A stretch of 64,000 nt of DNA from Podarcis pityusensis (lineage: Eukaryota): assembly GCA_964106645.2 (NCBI GenBank), contig OZ067046.1; one strand, given 5' to 3'. The notes below the pieces were generated by a model that searched no databases, was not told where the DNA came from, and saw only the letters and a list, made by a program, of their open reading frames with translations. The translations under genes were made by a program, and so were the position numbers. Below, piece by piece: positions 12,407 to 27,200 of this stretch (position 1 is the first letter of the stretch; each line of letters starts with the position of its first letter).

Positions 12407-13322
12407 TTCCTGTCACTTACAGAACTCAGCAGACCTCACAGAAATATATTGCAAGCCCTCCCCTATTAATTTTCCAGGATCCTTGCTTTGATTATCATTA
12501 TTATAATTACAATGAAGTGTTTTTTTGACACTGCACTGATAGGGAAGTATATTGTGCTATTAGCTGTGGGGACTCTCCGTATGACGTGCTAATGCTATTA
12601 ATTATAACAATCATATGGTATCCTGGCTCTCCATAGTAAATGACCAGCAAACAGATCATGATTTTCTGTAGCAAATGTAGATACCTTCTGCTATAGCTTA
12701 ACACTTTGGTTTTAGCATAAATCATTTTTCATTCCTTGGATTATGGAACTGCTACATTGTAAATCAGCTCAGTGTAATACACCAAAGCATAAATCACATA
12801 TATTTGGTGCTGCATCCTTTACAAGTCTAGACAATATATTTTTGCAACTTCAGACATTTCAAAAGATGATTGATGACAGAAATGAATAATTGAGTAGAGT
12901 GTCTCTGTTCTACAAACAATAAATAGAGCAGCATCATAAAATGTGTGGCTTAGGGGAATAAATGGCCCCAGTTTCTCCAGAGTTTGCAATTCTTACATCC
13001 ATATATATTTATTCTTTTAAAAGTAAGTGTGCACCTAGACGGTCAAACTACAGGAAAAGAAGTTCTAAAATGAAAACCACTTCTTCTGGGCTCCTAATAG
13101 TTGAGAAGGATTCCATTCTGAAAGACTAGCAGAAGACAGACAGTCAACAGTTTTTAAGATAGCCGAACTAGTATTTGCCATGGAAAAAACTCTACACCGT
13201 GACGTAGCATTATTCCCAGGGCTTTTGGGACTGGAGATGGCTTCCCAGAGGGGTCTATGAAGAAGAAGCAAGGAAGCTCCTGGGCCATAAACAGCTAAGG
13301 TAGTAACACTTGCCCACTCTCC

Positions 13323-13603
13323 TAGAATCATAGAATCATAGAGTTGGAAGAGACCACAAGGGCCATCGAGTCCAACCCCCTGCCAAGCAGGAAACACCAT
13401 CAGAGCACTCCTGACATATGGTTGTCAAGCCTCTGCTTAAAGACCTCCAAAGAAGGAGACTCCACCACACTCCTTGGCAGCAAATTCCACTGTCGAACAG
13501 CTCTTACTGTCAGGAAGTTCTTCCTAATGTTTAGGTGGAATCTTCTTTCTTGTAGTTTGGATCCATTGCTCCGTGTCCGCTTCTCTGGAGCAGCAGAAAA
13601 CAA
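13323..13603 (-). mobile_element. CR1 LINE 3' fragment
   Basis: (tagaatca)n tail; minus-strand translation RTRSNGSKLQERRFHLNIRKNFLTVRAVRQWNLLPRSVVESPSLEVFKQRLD is the CR1 ORF2 C-terminus. Confidence 0.92.
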
Positions 13604-14765
13604 TCCTAAATGTTGGCATAAATTCTCTTGCAATTTCATGGGTGAAAAAGGTTTTGTAGGGGGAGAATTGCCTCTAAGGATGGGAGAATCTAACAGTTTC
13701 AGTTTCTCATTACACCAATCTACCAATCTTAAATTCAGTTCTCCATGTAGTTTGTGACTATATATATATACACATACACCAGCATTTTAGTGTGCATTTC
13801 TCCCAATATACACACTTTTCATGCAAATGTACAATTTTTTTGCAAACAATTTCCCCCTAATATAATGCACTTTTGCATGTTGCTTTAACTAATAGATGCA
13901 TTTTGATGCCCACTTTTACCCTGCTATGTGAATTTTTGTACACATTATTTGGCTGGAGAATTGCACTTTAAAATTCAGAGAACTGTGAATTAAGTTTGCC
14001 TATTAAGTGTGAACTGAATGGAATTTATTTCGCCTCCCTGAGTACTCCATCTCTATTTTTAATGTAAAGTTTATGCAATAGTCCTGTATGCAAGTAAGTG
14101 ATATTTTTTCCAAAAATAAATTAATTGTTATTACTATAAGCTAATAAAAATATATAAAAAATCAGTTACAATAAAATATTGAGCCTTTTGTCAGGTACTT
14201 GATTAATTGAAATGACAGTAACAAAGCATAGGCTAATGTTAGAGAGTCATGGATGGAGAACCTGTGATCAGGGACGATGGCAGTGGGAGTTTGACAAGAG
14301 GTGGAATGCTACAGGTTCACCACACTTGCTCCCCATCAGTCTGATTTTTGGATATTCAACTAAACTGGCTGAGCCAAAAGGAATGCAGGCATTTTTTGAA
14401 TATTTTCTTCCACAAAATGCATTCCACCAAATTCAATATCCCCAACTGTGCAGAGGTCCTGACAACACAGAACACCAACACATACGCATCTGAATTCAAG
14501 TAGGCACCCTACATTGAGAGGGCAGATCCATCAGTGTGCATGTTATAAAAGGTGGAACATCAGCACAGCTTCACTCATGTTATCCATGTATAGTTTCAAC
14601 TCCCAAGTAACGTCTATGAAGGCCTTGAATCTTTCCAAAATTGGATTGCTTAAAGTTCTGTTGAAGCCCGTGGACTTTAAGGTCCCTCTTCCAAGGCCCC
14701 ACACACACACACATCAGCACAAGTTTCTGCAGCAGTTGTGTGGAGGAGAAATAGTTGGATCTTCT

Positions 14766-14845
14766 GTTACTATGGAGACAACAGCAGTCAACATGCTCTA
14801 AGCTCCATGGTATTTTATATGGACACCTCCAGTCACCATGGAAAC
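14766..14845. promoter_or_regulatory. Two RFX X-box-like motifs (candidate enhancer)
   Basis: gttactatggagac (14766-14779) and gtcaccatggaaac (14832-14845) fit the GTYNCYATRGNAAC consensus on one strand each. Confidence 0.4.
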
Positions 14846-15416
14846 AGATGTCTCTAAATCTTCTCAGTATTGTTAGAAGAAAAGAATGATTTCAAGGACG
14901 GTATGGAATCAATCTGATTGGTGAGCAGCACCTTCTATACAGGGATCTCAAATATTTTTCTGCTTTGAGACTGCAGGGATATATTGAGAAGGAAAAGGAA
15001 ACACCAAGCGAAACCTGGAATGCCCCTCGTGATTGATGTGCTAATGTGCTACAGAGACAAGATGAAATGACAATGTCTTGTGTTAAGTTCTTTTAAGGGG
15101 AGGTGTTTGAGTGTGAGATCTGCTTTACAGAGGGAGCGACTGCAAATATGTGGACTTGTGTAAGTTGTAAAATTCCTAAAGTTCTAGTTATTGTAGCATT
15201 AAAATTGCACTGAAATGTATAATGTGGGTAACATTTCTCACCAGCCACACCTCAACTAATCCAAGGAGGTAAGAGAGGTAAGAGATCTCCTGCAGATCTT
15301 AAGGACTGAGCAGGATCATACTGGCAGAACATTCCTGAACCCAGGCCATTTAGGGCTTTAACAGTAACAACCAGCAGTTTCAGTTGTGCCTGGAAATGAT
15401 TCAGAAGCTAGTGCAG

Positions 15417-15759
15417 CAGACCCTCCAAGTTTCCCTATTTCCCGGGAATGTCCCTGATTTAGAGACGCCATCCCGGTTTCTGATTTTACCCCAAAATGTC
15501 CAATTTTTCCTTAGGACATCCCTTTTTTCATTGGTGAAATGTTGGAGGGTATGGAGTTAGCTGACCCCTGAGCCGTCTGAAGGCAATCCTGTATAGGGAA
15601 GTTTTTCAATGTTTAATGTTTTATTATGTTTTTATATATGTTGGAACCTGCCCAGAGTGGCTGGGGCAACCCACTAAGATGTGTGGGGTATAAAGAGTAA
15701 AATTTATCATTATGGAATGGGACATCCCTATTTTCATCAGAGAAATGTTGAGGGGTATG
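15417..15759. mobile_element. Unclassified DNA-transposon MITE inserted into an L2-like fragment
   Basis: Imperfect TIRs cagaccctccaa...ttgaggggtatg; internal gggacat/tgtccc repeats; a related end occurs at about 20365-20457. Confidence 0.5.
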
Positions 15760-18700
15760 GTATGGTACAGCTGTTGTAAGATGCCAGGAGATACCAGGGA
15801 CCTTTCCACTCGTGTGTGTGGCTGTCCCGTGTAGTGAGCTATCAGAACTGCAGCACCAGTTATTTCCCAGGCTGATAAGGAAGGCTTCTCAGAATCTGAT
15901 CTGGTCCTGCTTACTCAGGTCAGGTCATTGGAGCCTTCTGCATAGGACAGGGCTATAAATGGTTTCCTGTTTGGGCTGGGGCCTTGCCTGAGGAACAAAG
16001 TTTTCCTGACTCCAGTGTTTCTATGTCCCTTGGTACATGTACATGTAGCCAGTGACCAAATGGACTCTTAAAACTTTTAGCTGCATGCTTTGTAAATGTG
16101 CCTTTTCAGGTTCTCATCGGGAAGTCAACTCACTGACATCATTGTACCACAGGGCAGCCTGCACATGGCAGAGAAACAGAAATTCACGAAATGTTATACT
16201 CAGAGGAGAACCTACACCCCCAGGACTTGCATGATTCATACTTTTATTAGCCGGTCTGCATGCTTCCTACAAAAATCTGATAAGGTTAATGCAGTGATAC
16301 AAGGTCTTCTATGGTAGTATAACGGTCCTTTATCATCCCAGCATTTGGTCTGAAGGATGTAAATGTTAACAAGGTTATGAACCTGGATTACTTTCTCCTA
16401 TAACCATGAGTCCAGGTGGGATTTTATAAAACAAAAGTAAAATCCCCTAACACTTGGACTGATCATACTGAAAATGAAGTCCCACTCCATACCCTACCAA
16501 TAATTCAACAGTTGTGCTCTCCACCTAGGTAGTATAATGAATGTATTTGGGACCATTCAGCACTGACCCATATTGTACCCAGCCTGATATTTATTTTCAA
16601 TCTAATTCCAGCCCGCTGCTTATTATTTGTGCCTGTGTTCGGTCATTATTTAAATTTAGGTTGGTCTGGCATGGTCACGGCCACCTCCAGGATTTTAAAA
16701 GGCTATGCAAATGGAGAATTCTCTCTCACTGCCTCTGCTCTGACCTTCTTGGATGTGAAATTGGCTGTTGAAGCCAGTCTTGGGTCCTGGCAAATCCCCA
16801 TACTTTCCAACCTTTGGAATTCTCGATAGGGGGACATGTTCATTTTGACCAGTATTAACCTCCACAAGAAGGGAGAGGCACCCTTCCTTAGTCTGGCAAG
16901 AGAACCTGGCAACTGATATTCACAACTGATATTGTCACCTAAGGACAGGAGGGAGGGGAGCAAGAGAAGCGGTCCCTGAGCTTTCCCTCTGCAACTGGCA
17001 ATTGCTATGCTTTTTGCCAATGGCAGGGATGGCAACCAGTGGCCATTCGATGCTTCCTGCCTACTGTAGCAGTCAGTGCTCTTGTACTAATGCCAGGGAT
17101 GAAGAGTAGCTTTAATACACAAGAAATTTAAAATTGTGATATAGTTAACAGTGACAAAGATTGGCAGGGTTTGGGTGGGAGGGTGCATTTTAAAATACTC
17201 TGCTTTAAAAGTGTGACACTCCTAAGTGTTTATAAAAGCTTCTCTAAAGAGACAGAAAATATATTCCTTAGTCGTTGTCTTCTTCATGTATTTTGTGTGA
17301 AAAAGAGACTAGCAGAAGAAAACAGATTATGTAATGTCTGATCCAAAATACTGATTGATTGCCCAGATCAGTTGAGGTCGCACGGTCCTTCCGAGACTGC
17401 AGTCTGCTGCAGTTCAAAACAGAGTGACAGGAGCATCCCACTATGTCTCCTGTGCGGTCCCTAAGGTGAACTGCAAAGCTGCGCAAGATGAAAAGCAGGT
17501 CACCACACTTCAGCCCCGTATGAAAAGCCTCCTGTCAGCTGCCTCGCCCCTCCAATTGCTCTTTGTGAGAACTCTAGTGCCCACCTATTTCCTCAAGTGA
17601 ACCTGCATGGAGTCAGCTTGTTTTCAACCCAGTCTCCAGATTGGCTTGAAGTGAACCAGCCCTGTGAGTAGTTTGTCATAAGACTCTGGTTTCATTTGTA
17701 TGCCATCACTCAAACCACTTTAGGTTTTTGTTGACATACAAAATTAGTCTGGACTACACGCAGACTAATTTATTTCCACATTTGATTTGCAACAGCACGT
17801 TTTTAAGATAAGCAGGCTCAGCCCCATTGGATGGGTTGTTTGATTACCTCCCAAGTGGGCTAGTTCTTTGAACAATGCCCTGCCCACCCTGGGTGGAGGT
17901 GGTTTTGCCCCTATCTCCCCGGAAGCACGAGTCTCCCAGCATAGGAGCTCTCCTGCTGCTTAGTCAATGAGAAGGTGGCTCCTCACCCCTAACCTTGGTC
18001 CGAGGGAGCTGTAGCATGGCATGTATGGTGCCTGATGTCTGAATTACTTCTGGCTGCAAGCCTGAGGGCCAGTGGCAGAGAGAAAGGTGGCAGCAACAAT
18101 AGTATATGCTCAAGACATAAGGTGTTGTTAATTTGGGATTACTGGTTAACCTGAGAAACAGTATTATTCTGATATAATGAACAAGGAATTATAAAGTCTT
18201 TTTACATCTGAGTACAACTCAAGTTATTTCGGCCAAGTTGCAAGAAGCTGCAGAGTTTGCAGGGGAAAGATAAAGGTTGTAGTGTCGGGGGAATGCAGCC
18301 CCTAGGTTCGTATGTATGAACACAGCAAAGTAGGTCACAGACAGCTTTAAAGATACACGATGAGTGTCATAGACTCCTGTAACAGTATTTAATGGCTGCT
18401 TGAGATTTGTGAGTTTTCCAGAACTCTTCATTTTGCAAGAAACAAAACAAAAAGAAGATTCATTCCAGGGGAAAGACAAGAAGGGAATAGAAAGTTACAG
18501 TTTCCTTTCCTGGCATTGCACCTTTCTCCCTACATGGTCCTGTGCAGATTCCTGAATATTTCAGTCCCTAAGTTTGCCCATCTGGTGTATGGAACATCTT
18601 TTGGCAGCCTTTTGGGTGGACAAAAATGTCACTAATTCACAACAGTATATGTGCAATCAGGTTATGCTACTGGTCAGGATTTAAAAATTAATTAATTTAG

Positions 18701-19662
18701 AAAACTGCTGACAGAAAGCAGAATGCTCAGTCTTCTGATAGAAAGTGAGAACAAAGAGAGCAATTGCTCTAAATCTCAAAGAGCTTAGGGGGCAGACAAA
18801 ATAAACCTTTGGCTTGTAGGTAAGCTTATTATCACTGTTATTGCATAAGTGGCATGGAAACACAAGCTAAGAACTTATTAGCAAAGAGAAACTCTCTGGA
18901 ACAAGACGTCTTTTCCTGTGCTCCCAAAGGCCTTACACATTTCATCTGTGCAATAGGAGCTAAACCAACACACACAAACCCCAATGTATTGTTAACTGTC
19001 CTTCACTTGTTCAAATCCCACGCATATAAGGATTTATTGCATGGGATTTATTTCCGAATGACATTTTTTTAATCAAAAGTTGAGTCTAATGTGGAATCAT
19101 TTACCACGACTGAAACTTCCAAATGTTATACTGCCTTACAAATGTCAATAAAAGAGGCAGGCGGGCCATCTCTTGGGACTGCTCCAGCTCTACATTTCCT
19201 GCATTAAGCCCTAGAGGGGTTGTTCTGGATGAAAGCCTTTTCCAGTTGCAGGATTCTAGATGCTGAAGCAGAAGAATATGAAGGTTGCCTCATCAATGCT
19301 GCTGTGTTTTTCACCAGAATTTTACACAGAGTAGCTCAAAGTATCTGTGACAGACATTCCCTGAAAAATAACACTATTATGCAGACAGGAAAAACACACT
19401 TGAACCATTTCTCTTTTTTTTACTTCAGTATACCCCCCCCCCCAGCATCCCTCAGATGATAATAGGGACATTTCTCACTCCTCATCTACTGACTCTCCTC
19501 GACCTCCAATTTTTTGACGTTGTCCCCTGCTGCAGAGCATTTCCTATCAGAAGAAGGGTGAGCGCACACTAATAGGACACAGCACATATGCCCTCCACCG
19601 TCCTTAGAAAACCCCTTAATTGCAATGTTATTGTATTTTACTCTTTGGTAGATGTACAAAAA

Positions 19663-20009
19663 GGGACACGGGTGGTGCTGTGGGTTAAACCACAGAGCCT
19701 AGGGCTTCCCGGTCAGCGGTTCGAATCCCCGCGACGAGGTGAGCTCCCGTTGCTTGGTCCCTGCTCCTGCCAACCTAGCAGTTCAAAAGCACGTCAAAGT
19801 GCAAGTAGATCAATAGGTACTGCTCCGGCGGGAAGGTAAACAGCATTTCCATTCGCTGCTCTGGTTCGCCAGAAGCGACTTAGTCATGCTGGCCACATGA
19901 CCCGGAAGCTGTATGCTGGCTCCCTTGGCCAATAAAGCAAGATGAGCGCCGCAACCCCAGAGTCAGCCACGACTGGACCTAATGGTCAGGGGTCCCTTTA
20001 CCTTTACCT
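19663..20009 (+). mobile_element. Sauria SINE
   Basis: tRNA-like head gggacacgggtggtgctgtggg with B box ggttcgaatcc; (accttt)n tail; TSD tagatgtacaaaaa on both sides. Confidence 0.92.
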
Positions 20010-20785
20010 TAGATGTACAAAAAAAACACACACACACCAATAGATTAATTTTAGAAGGGGGCAAAGTTAGATGTGGATGCACAAAGCATTAAAAAATAAA
20101 ATCAAGGCTCTTTGTGCTCTGCTCTGCTCTGCTCCCCGTTTCTTCCAGCCCAGGGCGGCCCTGTCCTATGCCTGCCCCTCAGTCAGAATATCATGCGAGG
20201 TTGGGACACAGTGGTGGCAGCCTCTCCTCCTCCTCACCAGCACTCCAGCAGCTGCTATGAGTTGACGGAAGGAGGCCAGCAGGATGCTCCCTCACCACTG
20301 CAGCCACCACTGCTTGGGACAAGCGCTGGCTCATCTTCCTCCCCAAGCTCAGCACTGGCGACAGAAATAGGGACATTCCAGGATCAAACCAGAAGCCGGA
20401 ATGGCCTTCATAATTCTGGGACTGCCCCTGGAAAAATCAGGAGACTTGGAGGGGATGCTTCAGTTCCTCTTACTTTTGTCCATTATTTTCAGACATCTGC
20501 AGCAGGATGAAATGTGACATAATTAGAAATGGATGGTGATCTTCACCAGGAATGGGCTTGCTTCAAATAGGTTAATCTCGGCTTGATTCAACATGGGCCC
20601 AAAATAAGTTAATATCCGCTAAGTCCCATCTAGAGTGATAGCTTCAGCACACACCTGATTATATTGCTGTGGATGTAATGAGGCCTTAAAGCCTCACCCC
20701 AGCTCCTTTTCCTTCCCCGTAATTTATCTGGGAGCAACATCTTCAACAGACCTTCAGCCTGTTGGCAGAATCTTGAATAAATATA

Positions 20786-21011
20786 CAGTGGTAACTTGGG
20801 TTACATACGCTTCAGGTTACAGACTCCGCTAACCCAGAAATAGTACCTCGGGTTAAGAACTTTGCTTCAGGTTGAGAACAGAAATCGGGCTCCAGGGGCG
20901 CAGCGGCAGCAGGAGGCCCCATTAGCTAAAGTGGTGCTTCAGGTTAAGAACAGTTTCAGGTTGAGAACGGACCTCCAGAACGAATTAAGTTCTTAACCCG
21001 AGGTACCACTG
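20786..21011. mobile_element. Tigger/pogo-like MITE, family A
   Basis: TIRs cagtggta...taccactg with TA on both flanks. Confidence 0.88.
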
Positions 21012-22329
21012 TAGTTCTCATAGACTGACATCTTAGAGGGATCATTAGGAACTAAATCATCTCCTGGTACCACACCTGTGATACTGTCCAAGTGATGCCC
21101 AGAAGCATCCCAGGTGTAAGAGAACATGGGAAATGTAGTTCCCATGGGTCTTGAAGATTGTGCTAGCTTGGACATCAGAACCAATGGGAATTAGCTTTCC
21201 CATGGATCTTTTATGCAATATATTAAGGCAGCCACCTTGTAAATTTGGACTAGAACGGGAAGGGAAAGGCTTTTGCCAGTCTGAATCCAGTTTTCTTCTT
21301 TAAGAGTTATGCAGATAAATATTCTGGCAAGTCAAAGATACAGTATATGAGGAATACAAGAGGTGGAGAGTCATTAAATTTCAGTTGTGTCAGTGAAGTG
21401 TTCATGACATGCCAAACGAGAAATGAAAAAAGGCAGATTCCTGTTCAGGGCCTGCAGCATGAGTAACTGGTTAAAGTGTGAAGCTAAAAGGCATACTATT
21501 AAGTCAGAGATAAGAAAGGAGCGGATGATCTCTGAGAGAACAATTGTTAGTTCTATTTTTGAAATATTTTCATTAGTCACCTTAGGGAGGAAAGTAGGAG
21601 CATCTATCTGAAATCTGCAGATGGTACCAAGTCATTCTTTTGTTTGCTTCTCCCACTCCTACCTTTGTATCTTTCCTCCTGCCATTCTGTCAAGCCTACT
21701 CAGCCTTGTCCCAGCCCATGTCCTTGGCACACAGGCCACCCCGCTATCTCACTCTCTTGTATGCCTCCTAGGGATGAGGGGAGAACTAGAATCCCCTCTT
21801 CCATTCCTTTAGCATGGTCTGGGTTTGAGTAGCTCTGCACTCTAGGGGGCAGTGCTTGCCAGTGTGCCAGGGCTCCTCTGTGGACCAACATGGAGGCAAG
21901 AATACCCCAAGAGGGCTAGCGAAGTGTGCTGTGACCACAGCAATAATTGCTAAAACAATTTAGAGATATTTGTGGGATGCGCCTGTGTGTAGATGTGGTT
22001 GAGTTCATGTTCATGCAAGTAAGCACACCTATCATAGGTCTGGAAGATATACAGGAAGTTACCTTAGACCAAAAGTGTGTTTGTGCATGTATGTCTATGA
22101 ATTTCTGTGCATTTGTAACCATGTACGTATGTATTTCTCAAGTAAATATTTATAACCTCTGCCATCCATAGTGCTAGGCACCCCATTGGTTTTTTTAAAA
22201 TAATATTAAAAAAAAGAACAAGAGAGTACATCTGTGCTATTTTACCTTCCATGGAAGATATGTCTGTACCATGCAATACGCCCCAGAGATTTGCCTTTAT
22301 TTTAGTCACCCCTTTTATTGCTGAAAAGG

Positions 22330-23700
22330 GTTATCCAGTTTATCAATCATTACAACAAGTATAAACAAAACCAAATAGATGTTAGAAAAAGACAAAAATA
22401 ATTTTAAGAAATGACATCAGATCAGATACTAGCTTTTGATATTTCAATTTTGAAAGATACTTAAATTATGAAACAAAAAGGAAAATTATGTATAAGATCA
22501 ATTTAGCCTTATCATGGGGAAATTATGTGCAAAGCAGAAGCGACTATGAAATAATTAACTCAGAATTACAATACAGTGCCTTCATGTCACCTTCCATCAA
22601 ATAGCATATTGAAACATATTTAAGGGCATTATCTATTACTAGTTTCAGTTTAATAACAAGGCAAAAAAACTGAATTACCATGTTGGATGCTCAAAAAGCA
22701 TTTGATATTGTAGAGAAGCCTTTGTTAAAAAGCAGTATTAACTACATTTATTTTGAGAACTCAAGTTTGTGAATTAGTTTTCAAGTATTTATGATAGACC
22801 CATTCCTAGGATTACTCCAAGTAATAGATGGTCAGAAACAGCATTATTGAAAAGAAGAACATGACAGATTTGTTCCCTTTTGCCAATATTTTTTATTTAG
22901 AGTACTAAAATCTGAGCAATAGCAGTAAGAACTAATTAAAGGGATGCCTCTTAGAAATAAAGAAAATTAACATTAAATGTTGGTGATAGGGTGTTAATGC
23001 TATCAGATCCAGTGCTTTTTAAAAAAGTATAGCTAGATTTCCAGTAGTTAAATAAATTAAAGTAGGACATTTTGGGAATAATCATAATACCAGTCTTTAA
23101 AGTTATAGCTTTTTGTAAAAACCCTTGGAAGAAGAAAGTTAATTATTTCTATGTATTACTTAGCAGTAGACGTTAAAGAATTTTCTTTGACTTATTTGTG
23201 AATCAAAGAGATTGCAACCAAGAACAGCAAGAATTGAATGTAATTCTAAATCGTTTTTGTTTTTACATTATGAATAAATATACCCAAATAAAGGAGAAAA
23301 TGATAAAGGTATACATTGACAGGATTAAAAGATCTGGACTTCCATGCAAGATTCTATATCAAAATAAGCAAAGGCTCCCTAAATCTGTTGTGGTCTCCTC
23401 CCAACCCTCTGGATCAGATCTGGGGAGGGTGCAGGGTACATGGGGCTTAAGCAGGGTGAGTTCCATTGCACAAGTATAAATCCTTGCACTGACAGAAGAA
23501 ACTAGTTGGATAATACCCTTAGAGATTCCTTTTATAGACATTCATATGGTTCAGTAAAAAACAATGGCAAGTAAATGTCTTGACTAATCCTCTAATTCAT
23601 TTCTTTTATACACGTTGGAAAATGATCCAGCTTAAGTCCTGTTATTGTCTCATATGCATCCTCCTAGTTTAATGATTAGGTTCAAAATTTTAGATTTGAT
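22330..23700 (+). mobile_element. Highly decayed L1/Tx1-type LINE ORF2 (reverse transcriptase) fragment
   Basis: LDAQKAFDIVE at 22683-22715 (RT motif LDAEKAFDxV); decayed GTRQGCPLSP equivalent near 22855-22895; many stops and frameshifts. Boundaries approximate. Confidence 0.6.
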
Positions 23701-23960
23701 CCAGTTCAAGATCACAGTATATGTTTAAACCTGACAATTGTGTTAGTTCTTAAAATAGAATAGAATACTTTCTACTATGTATAGATATGAATAAAAATTG
23801 AGGACAATTTTTTGTTTGAAAATGTTTATTATAGCATATATTTAGTTATTTATAGTGCAACTCCATGCATGTCTTATCAGAAGAAAGTCCCATTGAGTTA
23901 AATGGAACTTACTCCCAGGTAAATTATTGGAGTTCATCCTTAGTGAGCAATGTTGGAATA

Positions 23961-24200
23961 CAGTGGTACCTCTAGCTGCGGACTTAATCTGTTTCGGGGT
24001 GCTCTTTGCACCCCGAAAAGTCTGCAACTAGAGCGCCTCTTCTGCGCATGTGCGATCGAGCGCTTCTGCACATGTGCGAGGTGCGCAGATCACTTCTGTG
24101 CATGTGCACGTGGAGAACCCAAAGTAAACACTTCCAGGTTTGCCACATTCATAAGTTGAAAGTCCATAACAAGAGCGGAACGCAACTAGAGGTACCACTG
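23961..24200. mobile_element. Tigger/pogo-like MITE, family B
   Basis: TIRs cagtggtacctctag...ctagaggtaccactg; TA flanks; internal cttctgcgcatgtgcg repeats. Confidence 0.85.
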
Positions 24201-27200
24201 TACACTGGAACTTGGTTTGAAAAATTGTTAAGTGTACTTACAAGATACCATCTAAGGTATACAGTACTTGGTTTAATGGTAGAATGGGGAAGGGAAAATG
24301 AAAATGCATTTACGGAAAAGGTCAAAGTATTGTGAAATAGAAATAAACGGAGAGCCATAGGTTTGAGCCATGAATTTTTCTGGGTGACTGAAATATAAAA
24401 CACTGAATGGAGCAGGCCAGTTTTTCCACAGACAACATGAAAAGAAAAGTGCCTGTACATTTTGCTTCATATATCAGACGCTACAAATAAATGCTAGAAA
24501 CGTACCTGTTTAAAAATGATAGCTGGGGATCTGGAGAACATTGTTTTTTATTGGGGTGGGGGTGTCCCTACCCTGCTGAACACCCATGCGGAGAACTGTA
24601 TTTCTGAAAGAACTCCACTTTTCAATTTCAAAGGCACTGATGGAAAAATCATTTTATATTTTTGTATAATTGTTATAACTTCCCATCAGCAGAGTTGCTG
24701 CTGTTTGTTGGAAGGAGAAACTGCTTCTTGTTTTTTAATTTTTGTATAGTAGTATGGAGGCAAAAGCTGATCATAAAAAGTGAAATTCACATCAAATGTG
24801 AATTTCAGTGGTATCACAGAATTCTGGTTCTTTCACATTATAGTATGCTGTGTGAAATGAAGCATAGCTCATTCTGCCTATCTAGTAGCTATCCTGGGAG
24901 TTCTCATCTGACAGGCACAACTGGAGGCAAAAAATAGTGATAAGTGCTCAAGTGGACAATTCTTATACTTAGAAGGGGATATTATTTGAATATTATGAGA
25001 TTGTTTAACTTTCTCTTTTAAACCACTGCATTGCCAGGAACAACTTTGAATAATAGCAGTTTGATACAAAAAGACACAGCAGTAAATTATAAATAGTAAA
25101 TTGTATTAGACTACAGTTGAATATAAAAACATTTATAGAATTAAAGGCTCAGTTGTACCAATCCTTCAATACAAAGTACAGTGACATTACTGACTTTCCA
25201 ATAGATAGAACACTGTTCTCTAAGTATCTGCAGCTATACTTGCAATAAATGTTATGAATTCGGGTAAATATTATTTTGACTACTTATTTGCAAGAGTAAA
25301 TAAATATACTGTTTATGGAATACTGTTATAGTTGCTAAAGCCCAGAGTGCAATGCACTAATAGCTGAATTGTGTCAGTAGTATTAGTGCCACTTTTCATA
25401 AAATAGCAACTTCTTTGCTTGAGAGCACCTCCATATTTTAAGTATTCAGTGGAAAAGTTGTATTAAGTGGGAAAATACATGTAAGACATGATCTCAATCA
25501 GAAAATGGGACAAATTAAAACACTGAAATGAAATGAAATGAAATCAAAGGATAGACACACTTACTTCATTTGGGCCCACAGAAACTGAAGGCAAGAAATG
25601 TCCATCTAGGTGAAGATGGATTTGCGCATAAGCAGGTTATGGAAACAACAGAGGAAGCCACACGGTTGACCCAAAGGTCATGATCAAGCACCCCTGTGAG
25701 AGGTTTTGTTTCAGCCACCTTTTGAGGCAAACTTGGGTAATCGAAATGCAAATCTCTATTTTCAAAAGGGGCCATGGATTCTGCATAAACTATCCCTTAC
25801 AATATTCTATAAAATCATGTGACAGTTTCTTAGGATGTTGAACCAAACTCTAAACTACATGAAATAAACAAAGTGAGATAAACAAAGAAAGTGGTGCAGT
25901 CATGAAATGTGGACAGGAATAATATATTAACCTGTTTCAGCAGAGTAAATAATAAATTGGATCTGATGGAGGGGAAGATGGCAGAGATACCAGTTCATTC
26001 TACATGGTACCGCTGAATCCAAAGTCACTAGTTACATCTAATAAAAAAAGAAAGTCAGGGTGTTGCTTTAGTAGAAAAGTTAACTTGTAAAAAAACCCCA
26101 AAACCCCAGAGGAAGTCATTGACAGCATACCTATTTTATCAAGAGATGAGGTTGCCATAAATGTTATTTTTCAAAAGTCCAATTAAACAAGCCAACAAAG
26201 AAGAAAGGTGGTGTATCCACAGATAATAGAAATCCACCAGCAGAATGGGGAGGGAGGCAATTTTTATTTATCAAATTATTTATCTCCCAAAGGAGTCCAA
26301 TGTGGCATTTTTGGAGATCTGCCACTGGTCCCACCCCTGGTCCATTCCTCTGACAGACTCCTTCCATCAGCACATGGCTGCCACTGAAGACTACCCATAA
26401 TGTTCAGCGTAGCTGGTGTGCCTTAATTCTGCAATTTCTACTGTGAATTACGGACTGCAACTTGGTTTATTCAAGGTGCGATTGGCTGTTGCTTTGCTGT
26501 TCAGCGTTGCCTCTACCGTTATGATTTTGTTTAAGAACTGAGCTAGTGTGCTACAGCACTGAGGCACCAGCTCAAAGGCCAGAATGTGGGCTTGCTGTTG
26601 TCCCTTACGATGCTGCCAGGACAAAGTGGGACAGTAGAGTGGCAGCTGCCTTTGGTCAGGCAAGTAGCAAGTAGGTGTGTGAGCCTATTTTCCTGTGTAT
26701 CTTTTCCTGGGAAGTGGAGCAAAGCTTCACTTGCCATGCAATTAGGCTTTGCCTGCACTGGCAATAGTGTTGCTGCTGCAACTGTTAAAGAGAAACTGTT
26801 TGGTAATATCTTATTTCTTCGTTATAATTAATAATTACATTTCCTATACAACTCAAGAGTGGCCAAAAAGCAGAAATATAGAGGCTGGAAATTTAAAGCT
26901 GTATCTGTTCTCCAACAGTGATCCTTATGAGAAATCTGTCTTTGACTTTTGAAAAATAGCATGAAAAGCTACCTTAAGTCTTAACAAAACACAGCATTCT
27001 TGTCAATACGCATGCTGTATAGACCAATATTTAATGTATACTTAGCTACATGTACATCCTTGTTAACACACAACACATTCAAATGTCTTTAAATTAAATG
27101 CCACAGTTTGAAAATCATTTGTATTTGATACCTGATTTGTCAAGATAGTAAAAAAATTACAACGTAAGTGATCTGTCATACATGTGTACAACCAATGTTT

